From positions 22,864 to 86,863 of the forward strand of contig CAVUFY010000011.1 in the NCBI GenBank assembly GCA_963740905.1: a DNA stretch of 64,000 nt, written 5' to 3'. Numbering within the stretch: the first letter of the stretch is position 1; every line of letters starts with the position of its first letter. Origin of the DNA: an uncultured delta proteobacterium (GTDB taxonomy: Bacteria; Desulfobacterota; DSM-4660; Desulfatiglandales; HGW-15). A program made the translations under genes and the position numbers. Of this stretch, positions 1-9,489 are shown one piece after another. The notes below the pieces were generated by a model, which saw only the letters and a list, made by a program, of their open reading frames with translations, did no database searches and was not told the DNA's origin.

Positions 1-1553
1 TACTCATACGTGAGAGAAGGCTGAAGCTTGTGCCGCAACTTCGTCGCCTGACCCCACTGAACGTCATAAACCTTGTCCAGAACAGTGCTCAGCCTTGTCT
101 GATAGTCGAAGGCGTCTTTTGAGATGATCCCTGTCCTGCCCGTGGGGTCATCCGAGCGCTGCTCGGTTCTTCGGTAGCCCACGGACGGTTCCAATTCCAC
201 GTACCGCCCGAGCCACATAGGATAGGACGCGTTGGGCGCAACCGAGATCTTTTGACCCCCTGGCCCGTCTTGTCGCCAGACGTAGTCAAGGTCCGAATCG
301 AAGCGCACAAAGACCGGAGAGCGGGCGATGGGCCTGGGGAGGAGGGAGAAGTTGAGCGCTCCCAGAGGCTGCGGCGTGGAATTGACGAGAGGATTTTCAG
401 GTCTCTCATAATAGGCGGAGAGCGCCTGGAGGCTGTAGTCCGGCTGATCTCTGTCCAGCCTGAAGGCCGACCTTCTCGTAGGGGACTGGATCTCTTCCAT
501 GGGACGGCCGAAATCACTGACCAGATCAGGTCTTCCTTTGTACCCAAAGAGGCTTCCCTGGAATTCCTTCAGGTAATCCTGGTCGCTCACATAATCCGTA
601 TCCAGTTTAGCCCTGATTCCCAAGGGCAACTGCTGGTCGGTTCTGCTTCTCAGCCAGTACCGGGTTTGGTTTGTCCTCTCAAAAGGGCTGAGTTCGATAT
701 CATCAGGGTCATTCAAGTTCTTTTCTTTCATGTCGTGAGGCAAAATGTCGTAGAGGTACACTCCCTTAGAGTCCTCTTCAGCTACATAGCGGTACTCCAG
801 TCCCTGCATGTAACCCCGCTCAGTCATGTATTGCTCGTAGAAGGTGGCATCCATCTGATCGGAGATGGCCCAGTAGAATGGTATTTCCAACTGAGCGCCG
901 TTTCGATTGGAGTATCCCACAGCAGGGGGAAGGAGGCCGGTTTGGCGCTTCGTCTTGGCGGGAAAAAGCACGTAAGGGAGGTAAAAGGCCGGATAGTTGC
1001 TGATCCTGAAAACGGCGTTCTTTACCGAACCGTAGCCCTCCACGGTAATATTGACCTCCGATCCCGTGATGCTCCAATCCGGTGTTTTTCCGTCGCAGGT
1101 TGTGATCCGACAATTCTTGAGGAGGTACGTATTCGGCCCGGTCTTTTCCATGGTTTCGCCGGTGACGTAGTAGTGGTTCTGTTTGAGGAAGAGGTGGCCG
1201 CCCGTGATCTGTCCGGTCTGACTCTGAAGGTCAAAGACGGCCTGCTCTGCGTTCAGGATGTCCCCGTTCGACTGAAACACGACATGACCTGTGACTTCGA
1301 TCATCCCGGTCTTTTCGTTGTACTTGGCTCGGTCGGCTGAAAGGACCTGGCTTCCTCTTTTAACGACCACATCCCCCTCTGCCACATAGAGGCCTTCATG
1401 TTGGAGGTAGCTCAGCTTCTTTGCCGTAATCTCCCACCGGGCCTTTTCATCTCCGAAAAGTCTTTCCGCAGGGTTGCCGTCCGAGCCCCAGGACCAATGG
1501 ACCCACGGGACCAGGATGAGGAGAATGGTCAACAAGAGGCTGAATCTCTTCAT
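1..1553 (-). CDS. lptD: LPS-assembly protein LptD (3' end runs off window)
   Basis: Absent from the ORF track. Manual translation from ATG 1553 gives MKRFSLLLTILLILVPWVHWSWG (signal peptide), WEITAKKLSY..YVAEGDVVV..LSADRAKYNEKTG (OstA-like) and ITTCDGKTPDWSITG, typical of the LptD N-terminus; lies directly downstream of folC. Confidence 0.85.
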   Translation of the reverse strand, partial: MKRFSLLLTILLILVPWVHWSWGSDGNPAERLFGDEKARWEITAKKLSYLQHEGLYVAEGDVVVKRGSQVLSADRAKYNEKTGMIEVTGHVVFQSNGDILNAEQAVFDLQSQTGQITGGHLFLKQNHYYVTGETMEKTGPNTYLLKNCRITTCDGKTPDWSITGSEVNITVEGYGSVKNAVFRISNYPAFYLPYVLFPAKTKRQTGLLPPAVGYSNRNGAQLEIPFYWAISDQMDATFYEQYMTERGYMQGLEYRYVAEEDSKGVYLYDILPHDMKEKNLNDPDDIELSPFERTNQTRYWLRSRTDQQLPLGIRAKLDTDYVSDQDYLKEFQGSLFGYKGRPDLVSDFGRPMEEIQSPTRRSAFRLDRDQPDYSLQALSAYYERPENPLVNSTPQPLGALNFSLLPRPIARSPVFVRFDSDLDYVWRQDGPGGQKISVAPNASYPMWLGRYVELEPSVGYRRTEQRSDDPTGRTGIISKDAFDYQTRLSTVLDKVYDVQWGQATKLRHKLQPSLTYE

Positions 1554-1556
1554 AAC

Positions 1557-2858
1557 TCACCGGATAGAATCAGGCTGATATCTCTCTGGATCGATGGACG
1601 CCATGGCCTCGCCTACGGTGAAAAGGGAGCCGGTCACCAGGATCAAATCCTCCGGCCCACCGAGGCCCCTCGCCCTTTTCAGGGCATCCGACAGGACCGG
1701 CACGACTTCCCCGGCCTTCATGAAAGGGGCCGCTCTCTGCATGAGAGTCTCGGGGGTCGCCGCCCTGTGGTATTCCGGCCGGGTGAAGATCGCGTAATCC
1801 GCGACAGGTACTATTTCCCGGACGATTTTCGCGATGTCCTTATCCGCCATGACTCCCAAGACCAGGATGAGGCGCCGGTACGAGAAATCCCTGTTGATGC
1901 TCTTTACCAGGTTGCTTGCGGCAGCGGGATTGTGGGCCCCGTCAAGGATCAGCAGCGGGTTTCGAGACATGATGTGCATTCTTCCGGGCCAGCGGACGGA
2001 CTTCAGTCCCTCCCGCATCTGCTCCTCGGATATCTCGAAACCCTTCTTTTGCAAGAGCTCTATCACTGCCAGGGCCAGCGCGGCATTTCGAAACTGGTAT
2101 CTGCCGGGAAGCCCGACCTCAAGACCTCTCAGACTCCGGCGCAGGCCGTGGTAATCGAGCCTGGAGTTCCTCACCCTGATCCACATGTCTTTTCCGAGCA
2201 TCAGAAGGCGCGCGCGCCTCTTCTCACAGACCTGCCGGAAAAGCCCGACCACCGAAGGTTGCGTCGCACCGGTCACCAGGTCAATCCCGCGCTTAATGAT
2301 GCCGGCCTTTTCACCGGCGACCTCGATCAGACTGCGTCCCAGGAAGGCCTGGTGCTCCAGGGAAATGTTGGTGATGACGGAAACCAAGGGCCTGATGACG
2401 TTGGTGGCGTCCAGGCGGCCTCCCATGCCCACTTCCATGATCGAGATGTCCGCCTTTTCCCGGGCAAAGTGCACCAAACCCATGGCGGTGGTGAATTCAA
2501 AGAAGGTAGGCGGTTCCCTTGGGTCGACGACTTTCCTCACCTCCCTCACCAGGTCGGCTACTTGTTCAGGGCCGGCTTCCTGACCGTTCAGTCTGAAACG
2601 TTCGGTGAACCTTACCAGGTGGGGAGAGGAATAGAATCCGACCTTGAGGCCCGAATTCCTCAACATGGATTCCACCATGGCAGCCACAGAACCCTTGCCG
2701 TTGGTCCCGCCGATGTGGACATAGGTCTGCCCTCGGTGCGGATTTCCAAAAGCTTTCAACAGATTCTTTGTTTTGGAAAGACCAAACTTGATGCCATACT
2801 TTTGAAGGCTGTAGAGATACTGAACCGCTTCCTCGTAGGACAACCGTTTCTTCTCCAT
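1557..2858 (-). CDS. folC: Bifunctional folylpolyglutamate synthase/dihydrofolate synthase
   Basis: HIGGTNGKGS, FYSSPHL, EVGMGGRLDATNV, WPGR, LDGAHNP and VTGSLF motifs; start moved to MEKKRLSY. Confidence 0.95.
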   Translation of the reverse strand: MEKKRLSYEEAVQYLYSLQKYGIKFGLSKTKNLLKAFGNPHRGQTYVHIGGTNGKGSVAAMVESMLRNSGLKVGFYSSPHLVRFTERFRLNGQEAGPEQVADLVREVRKVVDPREPPTFFEFTTAMGLVHFAREKADISIMEVGMGGRLDATNVIRPLVSVITNISLEHQAFLGRSLIEVAGEKAGIIKRGIDLVTGATQPSVVGLFRQVCEKRRARLLMLGKDMWIRVRNSRLDYHGLRRSLRGLEVGLPGRYQFRNAALALAVIELLQKKGFEISEEQMREGLKSVRWPGRMHIMSRNPLLILDGAHNPAAASNLVKSINRDFSYRRLILVLGVMADKDIAKIVREIVPVADYAIFTRPEYHRAATPETLMQRAAPFMKAGEVVPVLSDALKRARGLGGPEDLILVTGSLFTVGEAMASIDPERYQPDSIR

Positions 2859-2965
2859 GAGGACAATCCTCACTGCCAGGTTACGGCCCAAGGCGCAGGG
2901 CACAAGTCGCAAGGAACTCCCACTATCGATCAATCCCCCAGACTCATGAAGCGATTTGCAAAACC

Positions 2966-3131
2966 AAGCTTGATGCGTTCGTAAAAAGTCGGATATCGGT
3001 ATTTTCTGTCATTCCGGCGGAAGCCGGAATCCAGGAATATCAAGGACTTCTGGACCCCGGCTGGAGTTCATCCCGGACTTGATCCGGGGCCGGGGTGACG
3101 GGCTGGGCGACTTTACGAGTTCGTCAAGCTT
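2966..3131. repeat. Nested palindromic intergenic element (MITE/REP-like)
   Basis: Imperfect terminal IR AAGCTTGATGCGTTCGTAAAAAGTC (2966-2990) / GACTTTACGAGTTCGTCAAGCTT (3109-3131), enclosing GTCATTCCGGCGGAAGCCGGAATCCAG and CTGGACCCCGGC...GCCGGGGTGAC hairpins. Confidence 0.8.
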
Positions 3132-3185
3132 CGTAAAACAAAGGGCTGGGGCCCTTTCCACTTACTCTCCTCTCGTGCAAACACT

Positions 3186-5345
3186 CTATTCTTTTTGTAA
3201 ACTTGTGTACCCCAGGTGCAGGAGTTTTCGGCCCCCAGCCCTGAAAAGAACCTCCACCTTCTCACTGCCCACCAGCTTGGAAATCACGCCCGGTCCGAAG
3301 GCGGGATGGCGCACGCGGTCTCCGGGTCTAAGGCCCGAGGGATGGTCCGAAACCCGGGGAAAACTGCCGGGACGGACTCTTCCCACCAACGGCCTCGACC
3401 GGGCTCCTCTTGGTCGCTCCCAGGCGTTGGCTGAACAGTGCTCCAACAGGTCGCGAGGAAGGCTTTGGATGAATGAAGAAAGGCCTTTGCCCTCCGAAAG
3501 GACCCAGGATCGGCCGGGATCCTGGCCGGGATAGCATAGAACGAGCCGGTCCTTGGCCCTGGTTGCGGCAACATACATCAGCCGTCTTTCTTCCTCAACG
3601 GCCTCCTCGTTCGTACCGGCCCTTGCCGGTGGAAAATAGCCTTCCATCACCCAAATAATGAACACAACGGGCCATTCCAGGCCTTTTGCCGAGTGCACCG
3701 TGGACAATGTCAGGCATTCTGCGGTCTTCCCGGTACCCAGGTCTGCGGCGCTGGCCGGCGGCTCCAGGAGGAGATCATCCAGAAAAGGCCTCAACTTCCG
3801 ATAACGGCCGGCCATGGGAATCAGTTGCTCCAGGTCTTTTTCCCGGCGGGGAAAGTCATCGAATTTCTCCTCCAGAAAGGGCTTGTAATATTGGATGACC
3901 CGCTCCACGGCCTTCTGTGGCGGGAGGTCCTTCACTGACAGGTCCAACAGGAGCGCTCCGAGAGACTTCAACCCGTCATCCTCCTTGCCGGTCCCCGGCC
4001 ATTCAGCCACCTGGCTCGGCGCACCCCCGGTCTCCTTCATCCGGTTGATGATCGTCTGGCTCTTGGCCGGGCCGATCTTCTTGATCATTCTCAGAATTCG
4101 TCCCCAGCTCACACCGTCCTCCCTGTTGACGACGACCCTCAGATGAGCAAGAACATCCTTGATGTGCGCCGACTCCATGAACTTGAAGCCGCCGTACTTA
4201 ACAAAGGGAATACCCTGGCGCGTCAGTTCCACTTCCAGCTCAAAAGAGTGGTACGCGGCTCTGAAGAGCACGGCAAAATCCTTGAGAGAGCGCCCTTTGG
4301 AAAGTTCATCCTTGATCGTCCTGCAGACAAACAAGGCTTGATCCGGCTCCGTTTTGGTGTCCACCACTTTCGGTGTTTCGCCGTTCTCCCTCTCGGTGAA
4401 GAGGCACTTGGTGAACTTTTCCCGAGCCTGCCCCATCAGGGCGTTGGTCAGATTTAGAATGGGTTGAGTGGAACGGTAATTCTGTTCCAGCTTGATGATC
4501 TTTGCCTCCGGGAAAAGCCTGGGAAATTCGAACATGTTTTTGTAGTTGGCCCCTCGGAAGGAATAGATCGACTGAGCATCGTCTCCCACGACCATGACGT
4601 TGTGGTGAGACTGAGAGAGCAATTTGACAATGTCGGATTGAATGGTGTTCGTATCCTGGTACTCGTCCACCATGATGAAACGATACTGCTCGCTTAACAG
4701 CGTTCGGATGTCCTCGTGGCTCGAAAGGAGTTCCCTGAAAAAGAGGATCAGGTCATCGTAATCCATGAGCTGATTCTCTTTCTTGTACTCCGCATACAGC
4801 TGCTGGAGCCTTTTAACCTGGGGGGCATACTCCAGGAACTGACCGTATTCCTCTTCCATCAGGCCTTCGACGCTCCGCTCGAGGTTGGCTGCCTTGCTCA
4901 CGATGTTGGTCAGCGTAGAGCGCTTGGGAAACCGAATCGCACCCCTGTCAACATGCATGTCCTGGACCAGGGACTGAATCACTTCCTCCATGTCCGCCCG
5001 GTCCAGGATGGTGAACGTGCTCTCAAAACCGAGATGGTGAGCCGAGCTGCGCAAAACCCGGTGGGCGAGAGAATGGAACGTTCCCCCGGAGACGAACCTG
5101 CACCTTTCGTCTGCCAGATCAGCGGCCCGTTCCAGCATCTCACCCGCCGCTTTGCGAGTGAAGGTGAGCAGAAGGATACTCTCCGGTGATGCTCCCGTTT
5201 CCACGAGCCGGGCCACTCTGTAAACCAGGGTTCTCGTTTTCCCGCTTCCGGCTCCGGCAATCACCAGGAGGGGTCCTTCCCGGGTCATCACCGCCTGGAG
5301 TTGTGAAGGATTGAGAACGTCTTCATAACGGATGCAATTGGTCAA
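3186..5345 (-). CDS. ATP-dependent DNA helicase, UvrD/PcrA/Rep family
   Basis: AGAGSGKT Walker A, VDEYQD, VGDDAQSIYSFRGA, NYRS, STVHSAKGLEW, EERRLMYVAATRA and C-terminal VRHPAFGPG tudor-like tail. Confidence 0.95.
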   Translation of the reverse strand: MTNCIRYEDVLNPSQLQAVMTREGPLLVIAGAGSGKTRTLVYRVARLVETGASPESILLLTFTRKAAGEMLERAADLADERCRFVSGGTFHSLAHRVLRSSAHHLGFESTFTILDRADMEEVIQSLVQDMHVDRGAIRFPKRSTLTNIVSKAANLERSVEGLMEEEYGQFLEYAPQVKRLQQLYAEYKKENQLMDYDDLILFFRELLSSHEDIRTLLSEQYRFIMVDEYQDTNTIQSDIVKLLSQSHHNVMVVGDDAQSIYSFRGANYKNMFEFPRLFPEAKIIKLEQNYRSTQPILNLTNALMGQAREKFTKCLFTERENGETPKVVDTKTEPDQALFVCRTIKDELSKGRSLKDFAVLFRAAYHSFELEVELTRQGIPFVKYGGFKFMESAHIKDVLAHLRVVVNREDGVSWGRILRMIKKIGPAKSQTIINRMKETGGAPSQVAEWPGTGKEDDGLKSLGALLLDLSVKDLPPQKAVERVIQYYKPFLEEKFDDFPRREKDLEQLIPMAGRYRKLRPFLDDLLLEPPASAADLGTGKTAECLTLSTVHSAKGLEWPVVFIIWVMEGYFPPARAGTNEEAVEEERRLMYVAATRAKDRLVLCYPGQDPGRSWVLSEGKGLSSFIQSLPRDLLEHCSANAWERPRGARSRPLVGRVRPGSFPRVSDHPSGLRPGDRVRHPAFGPGVISKLVGSEKVEVLFRAGGRKLLHLGYTSLQKE

Positions 5346-5367
5346 CTCCTCGCTGTCCTTTCGTGTT

Positions 5368-6138
5368 TTAGACGGAAATCAAAAAAGGGATGAGGACCGC
5401 CGTAACGACCATGCCCATGAGGATAAAGGGGATAAGAATGGCGAAAATCACCTTCGCATAGGAGATTCCGTGAATCTCCCTGAGACCGATGACTTGTACG
5501 ACCACGATCCACAGCCCTGCCAAGAGGCTGCCCACGAAGGGGACAATAGCCCAGATGTGCGTTGATTGAGCATAGCACACCGCCCTGAACGTCGCCTCGA
5601 AGCGGTTTTTCCCGCCCCTTACCACCACCAGCAGGAAATGCACCACAAGACTGGTGATGCAAATGAAGAGGGTGACAAGAACAGGGCTCAGAGCCATCAC
5701 GCCCGTAAACACAGGTCCCCACGTCAACTGGCCGAGAGGCCGGTTGCTTAAGGAGGGAAGATCGCCCAGGTTCAGCAGGCCATGCCAGAAGATCTCGAAT
5801 ATCATCCCGAGAGAACCCGTCAGGATGCCGAAGGCCAGGGGTTCTCCGACGCCTCCCCCCACCGCCGTCGTCCGGAAGAATTGAACGGGAGAAAAAAGGA
5901 CTCCTTTTACCGTGTCCGCGATGCTCTTTCTCACACCCAATTCTGACCTTCTTTCCCATGGCGGAAGCATCCGCTCTTTTTCCTTTAAAGAGCTTGCCTT
6001 TGCCGTTGGCTCCAGGGAGGAAATTTCGAAGCGCTGCTTGCACAGGGGGCAAATGGCCGATTTCACCCCGGGAGGAATCCTTTCCTCCGGGATCGATTTT
6101 GAAAACCCGCAATGAGGGCAGGCGACTCGCACGCTCAT
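5368..6138 (-). CDS. Zinc-ribbon + YIP1-family membrane protein
   Basis: N-terminal CPHC...CPLC, PPWE..VLFSPVQFF motif and several hydrophobic helices; ATG 6138 overlaps the upstream stop (ATGA). Confidence 0.75.
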   Translation of the reverse strand: MSVRVACPHCGFSKSIPEERIPPGVKSAICPLCKQRFEISSLEPTAKASSLKEKERMLPPWERRSELGVRKSIADTVKGVLFSPVQFFRTTAVGGGVGEPLAFGILTGSLGMIFEIFWHGLLNLGDLPSLSNRPLGQLTWGPVFTGVMALSPVLVTLFICITSLVVHFLLVVVRGGKNRFEATFRAVCYAQSTHIWAIVPFVGSLLAGLWIVVVQVIGLREIHGISYAKVIFAILIPFILMGMVVTAVLIPFLISV

Positions 6139-6404
6139 CTTGCCTTTTCCTCTTTGGCCATCCGGCTGAGGTACTTCTTCTGCGACCACCTGCGAACCGC
6201 TCCGACAAGCCCTTTCCTTTCCGCTCTCATCAGGCGTTGAACCCGCATCTCCAGTCCCTCTCTTGTCTTCAGCGCTTCCCTCAGACAGGAGGTCTTGTCC
6301 GGGCATTCGGAACACTCAGGGGGCGCTTCTCTCAAACCCCGCTCTCCTTCCGGGAATACCCTGTCCAGGATGGCGAAACAATCTTTCTTGTCTATGAGCT
6401 TCAT
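6135..6404 (-). CDS. Small Cys-rich hypothetical protein
   Basis: 89 aa with CFA, CSEC and C residues; translationally coupled to the next gene. Confidence 0.65.
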   Translation of the reverse strand: MKLIDKKDCFAILDRVFPEGERGLREAPPECSECPDKTSCLREALKTREGLEMRVQRLMRAERKGLVGAVRRWSQKKYLSRMAKEEKAR

Positions 6405-6726
6405 GCTGACCTTGGCCGCAAATCAAATGAAATCCGGCGCCGTTTCAAGTCACGGGGGAAATGGTCGCGCCTCTGAAGAGACCACCCCCCCGGCTTGGCC
6501 GGACAATTTCTCGGCAACTTGCCAAGAAATAAAGATTAACCGACCCCGCTGCTTATACAATACTATTCGTCTTATATAAAGCTTAAATACGAGCGTTGCG
6601 CATGCATGGGGGGGCTGCAGCGAAACTCCGATAGCGGCATTTCAAGAGACAACCAACCAGGGACAACGATCAACGAACTGCTTAGTCCATTGACTTCGAA
6701 GCGCATCCTCCCTATCATGCCTTTCC

Positions 6727-7329
6727 ATGGAAAAGGGCAGTCGATTGTATTTGGCAAGGCACGGGCAGGTCCAAGGTTACGAGAGAGTTCCCGTTTACGG
6801 CCGTACGGATGTGGGTCTCACCGAGGTGGGTTTGCTCCAGTTCGAGCACATTGCTGAGAGGCTGCGGTTGACCAGACTCGATGCGATCTACTCCAGCGAT
6901 CTCAAACGAAGCCTGGAGGGAGCCCGCATCATCGGCCGATACCACGACGTTCCCCACCGGGTTCGTCCTGAACTCCAGGAAATCGGCTTCGGCGACTGGG
7001 AAGGGCTCGGCCTCCAGGACGTGCGGGAGCGATTCCCGGAAAAGCTCCGGAGTCGTATGGTCGACCCTGTCCATTTTCGGACCCCCGGTGATGGAGAGAC
7101 TATCGCCGAACTCTCAAAAAGGGTGATGGCCTGTGTCGCGGACCTTCTGAACGCTCACGACGGTCATGATTTTCTGATTGTGGGTCATGGGGCTGTCAAT
7201 CGTGTCATCCTCTGTGACGCTCTCGGGCTTGAGCTCCGTTTCATGTTTCGGCTTCAACAGGACTACGGCTGTCTCAACATCGTCGATTATTTCCCCGATT
7301 CCACGCTCGTGCGCCTTGTGAATGGATGA
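6727..7329 (+). CDS. Histidine phosphatase family protein (CobC/GpmB-like)
   Basis: LYLARHG, YSSDLKR, LQEIGFGDWEG and VGHGAVNR motifs. Confidence 0.9.
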   Translation: MEKGSRLYLARHGQVQGYERVPVYGRTDVGLTEVGLLQFEHIAERLRLTRLDAIYSSDLKRSLEGARIIGRYHDVPHRVRPELQEIGFGDWEGLGLQDVRERFPEKLRSRMVDPVHFRTPGDGETIAELSKRVMACVADLLNAHDGHDFLIVGHGAVNRVILCDALGLELRFMFRLQQDYGCLNIVDYFPDSTLVRLVNG

Positions 7330-7389
7330 ACCGGTACAGGAACCAAGGTGCTTGTTTGGCATTTGAGATTCTCAGGAGAGAGCTGATCT

Positions 7390-8073
7390 GTGAGCACCCT
7401 TACCTATCTGGCCCAGATTCCTCTTTTTGAAGGTCTTCCGGCCGACCAGATCAAAGACCTGGCTGCGATCGTAACGAACCAGGTCTTTAGACGAGGCGAA
7501 CTTATTTTTTCCGAAGGCGAAGATGGAAGCGGTTTTTACGTGGTGAACACCGGCCGAGTCAAGGTCTACAAGCTGTCATCCGACGGGAAGGAGCAGATCC
7601 TTCATTTCTTCGGGCCCGGAGAGCCCTTTGGAGAAGTCCCGGTCTTTACGGGTCAGAGATTTCCGGCCAACGCGGAGGCCATGGAAGAAAGCCGGGTTTT
7701 CTTCTTTCCAAAACGCTCTTTTGTGGACCTGATCAAGCAGAACCCCTCCCTTGCACTCAACATGCTCGGAATCCTCTCCGGGCGCCTGCGAAGATTCACC
7801 GCCCTTATAGACGATCTCTCCCTGAAGGAGGTACCCGGTCGGTTGGCCGCTTACCTTCTCTACCTCAGCCGACAGGAAAAAGGTTCGGCCGACCTGGAGC
7901 TTTCTGTCACAAAGGCCCAGCTGGCAAGCCTCCTCGGCACTATCCCCGAGACCCTCTCCCGGATCCTCGGCAAGATGGCGGCCCAAGGGTTGATCGAAAC
8001 GGAAGGCCGCAGGATCAGGATCCTCGACCCTGAGTCCTTGCGGGAAATTGTCGAATCCGGCGGCCGGCTGTAA
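7390..8073 (+). CDS. Crp/Fnr-family transcriptional regulator (HcpR-like)
   Basis: cNMP-type domain (IFSEG, GRVKV, PFGE) and C-terminal HTH LASLLGTIPETLSR. Confidence 0.92.
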   Translation: MSTLTYLAQIPLFEGLPADQIKDLAAIVTNQVFRRGELIFSEGEDGSGFYVVNTGRVKVYKLSSDGKEQILHFFGPGEPFGEVPVFTGQRFPANAEAMEESRVFFFPKRSFVDLIKQNPSLALNMLGILSGRLRRFTALIDDLSLKEVPGRLAAYLLYLSRQEKGSADLELSVTKAQLASLLGTIPETLSRILGKMAAQGLIETEGRRIRILDPESLREIVESGGRL

Positions 8074-8230
8074 TTCTCGGATCTTCGGAGAAGTTAGAGG
8101 TTAGGCAGGCCGGATTTTGGTTGCGGACAGAGGCCCATACTGGAAAAGAGCGACAAAATAATGGACAAAGAACTATTTTTGATGTAAATTATGCATCATT
8201 ATACTTACTGTTTAGCATACCTTTTACCAT

Positions 8231-9007
8231 ATGAGCAAGATACGCCAAATCGGTTCCAGAGGAAATGTCCTCAAATACAGGAAAGGGGAACAAATCATCA
8301 AGCAAGGAGACTATGGTGTCTCCATCTACATTATTCTCCGAGGCAGAGTCGAGGTCTTTCGAGAGTCGGAAAGGGAGGAAGTGCCTTTAGCCTCCTTGGG
8401 ACCCGGAGACATCATCGGCGAAATGACCTTTCTTAGCAGGAAGGTGGAGATCCGTTCCGCTTCCGCAAGGGCGACCGAGGATTCTGAAGTGGAGGTCTGG
8501 CACCCCTCCATGCTTGCAAAGAAGTATGAGGAGGTCCCTCCTGTTCTTAAGATCATGATTGATCAGGCGCTGGGCCGATTGACGAGAATGAATAAATTGT
8601 TGGAGAGACTGGATCTGAGTTTGCTGGAGGCCAAGGAGACTGCGAAGCGCAAAGCCCCGAAGAAGGAGTCCCGGGCCTTTTACCGCAAAGAAGTGGAACT
8701 GGAGTGTACGTACGCTTCCGCCAACCCGTCGAAAGTCACCTATGAGAACCTGAAGGGCATGATCAGGAATATCAGCATGACAGGTCTTCGGATGGAAATC
8801 CCATCAAAGGATCTCGCAGTCGCCTCCTTTGACGTGGGGGATTATTTTCGCGCCCATACGGTGCTGCCGGACCAACACTCTCTGACGGTTACGGGAAAGA
8901 TCGTGTCTGTAGAGAGAGAAGACGGGAAAACCCTGCTTGGCGTTTCCTTTCTCGACCTTCCGGAACATTCCCGAAAGACACTCTGGTTTTTTATGCTCCC
9001 TGCTTAA
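8231..9007 (+). CDS. cNMP-binding domain + PilZ domain protein
   Basis: IIKQGD..GDIIGEM..RSASARA (cNMP domain), then RAFYR and NISMTG (PilZ RxxxR and NxSxxG). Confidence 0.85.
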   Translation: MSKIRQIGSRGNVLKYRKGEQIIKQGDYGVSIYIILRGRVEVFRESEREEVPLASLGPGDIIGEMTFLSRKVEIRSASARATEDSEVEVWHPSMLAKKYEEVPPVLKIMIDQALGRLTRMNKLLERLDLSLLEAKETAKRKAPKKESRAFYRKEVELECTYASANPSKVTYENLKGMIRNISMTGLRMEIPSKDLAVASFDVGDYFRAHTVLPDQHSLTVTGKIVSVEREDGKTLLGVSFLDLPEHSRKTLWFFMLPA

Positions 9008-9020
9008 GGAGGCTTTTCTG

Positions 9021-9425
9021 ATGGCCGTTGATCCGCGACTGCATGAATACCTGGCCAACGAAGAGTTGTATGCCGACGGAACGGTTATCGTTGAGGAGGG
9101 AAGCGTCGGCAACTGGGTCTACGTCATTCTCGAGGGTTCCGCACGGGTCGGAAAAAAATCTCCAAAAGGAATCCTCACCCTGGACGTCCTTAAAGAAGGG
9201 GACCTTTTCGGCGAAATAGACTTTCTTGAAGGAGTCCGAAGGCCCCGAATCGCATCCCTGGTGGCATCAGGGGACGTATGGGTGGGCATTCTGGACGTGG
9301 AGCGACTGCTCAAGGACTATGAGCAGGTTCCACCAAAACTCAGGGTCTTGATCCGATCCCTCATGGTCAAGTACAAAGAAGCGACATCGAGACTATGCGG
9401 CATGGTCGAGACCGGGAAGCGCTAG
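9021..9425 (+). CDS. Stand-alone cNMP-binding domain protein
   Basis: IVEEG..YVILEG..GDLFGE..PRIASL; SD AAGGAGG upstream of ATG 9021. Confidence 0.85.
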   Translation: MAVDPRLHEYLANEELYADGTVIVEEGSVGNWVYVILEGSARVGKKSPKGILTLDVLKEGDLFGEIDFLEGVRRPRIASLVASGDVWVGILDVERLLKDYEQVPPKLRVLIRSLMVKYKEATSRLCGMVETGKR

Positions 9426-9489
9426 CCAGGCTGAAGTTATTTCCCCATGCGCCGTGTGCCTTGAGCCTTGCGCCTCTGTTCTTTACCCG

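Noticed and set aside
252-2984. Long + strand ORFs 252-1340 and 1398-2984
   Set aside because: Antisense shadows of lptD and folC; no motifs; common in GC-rich DNA
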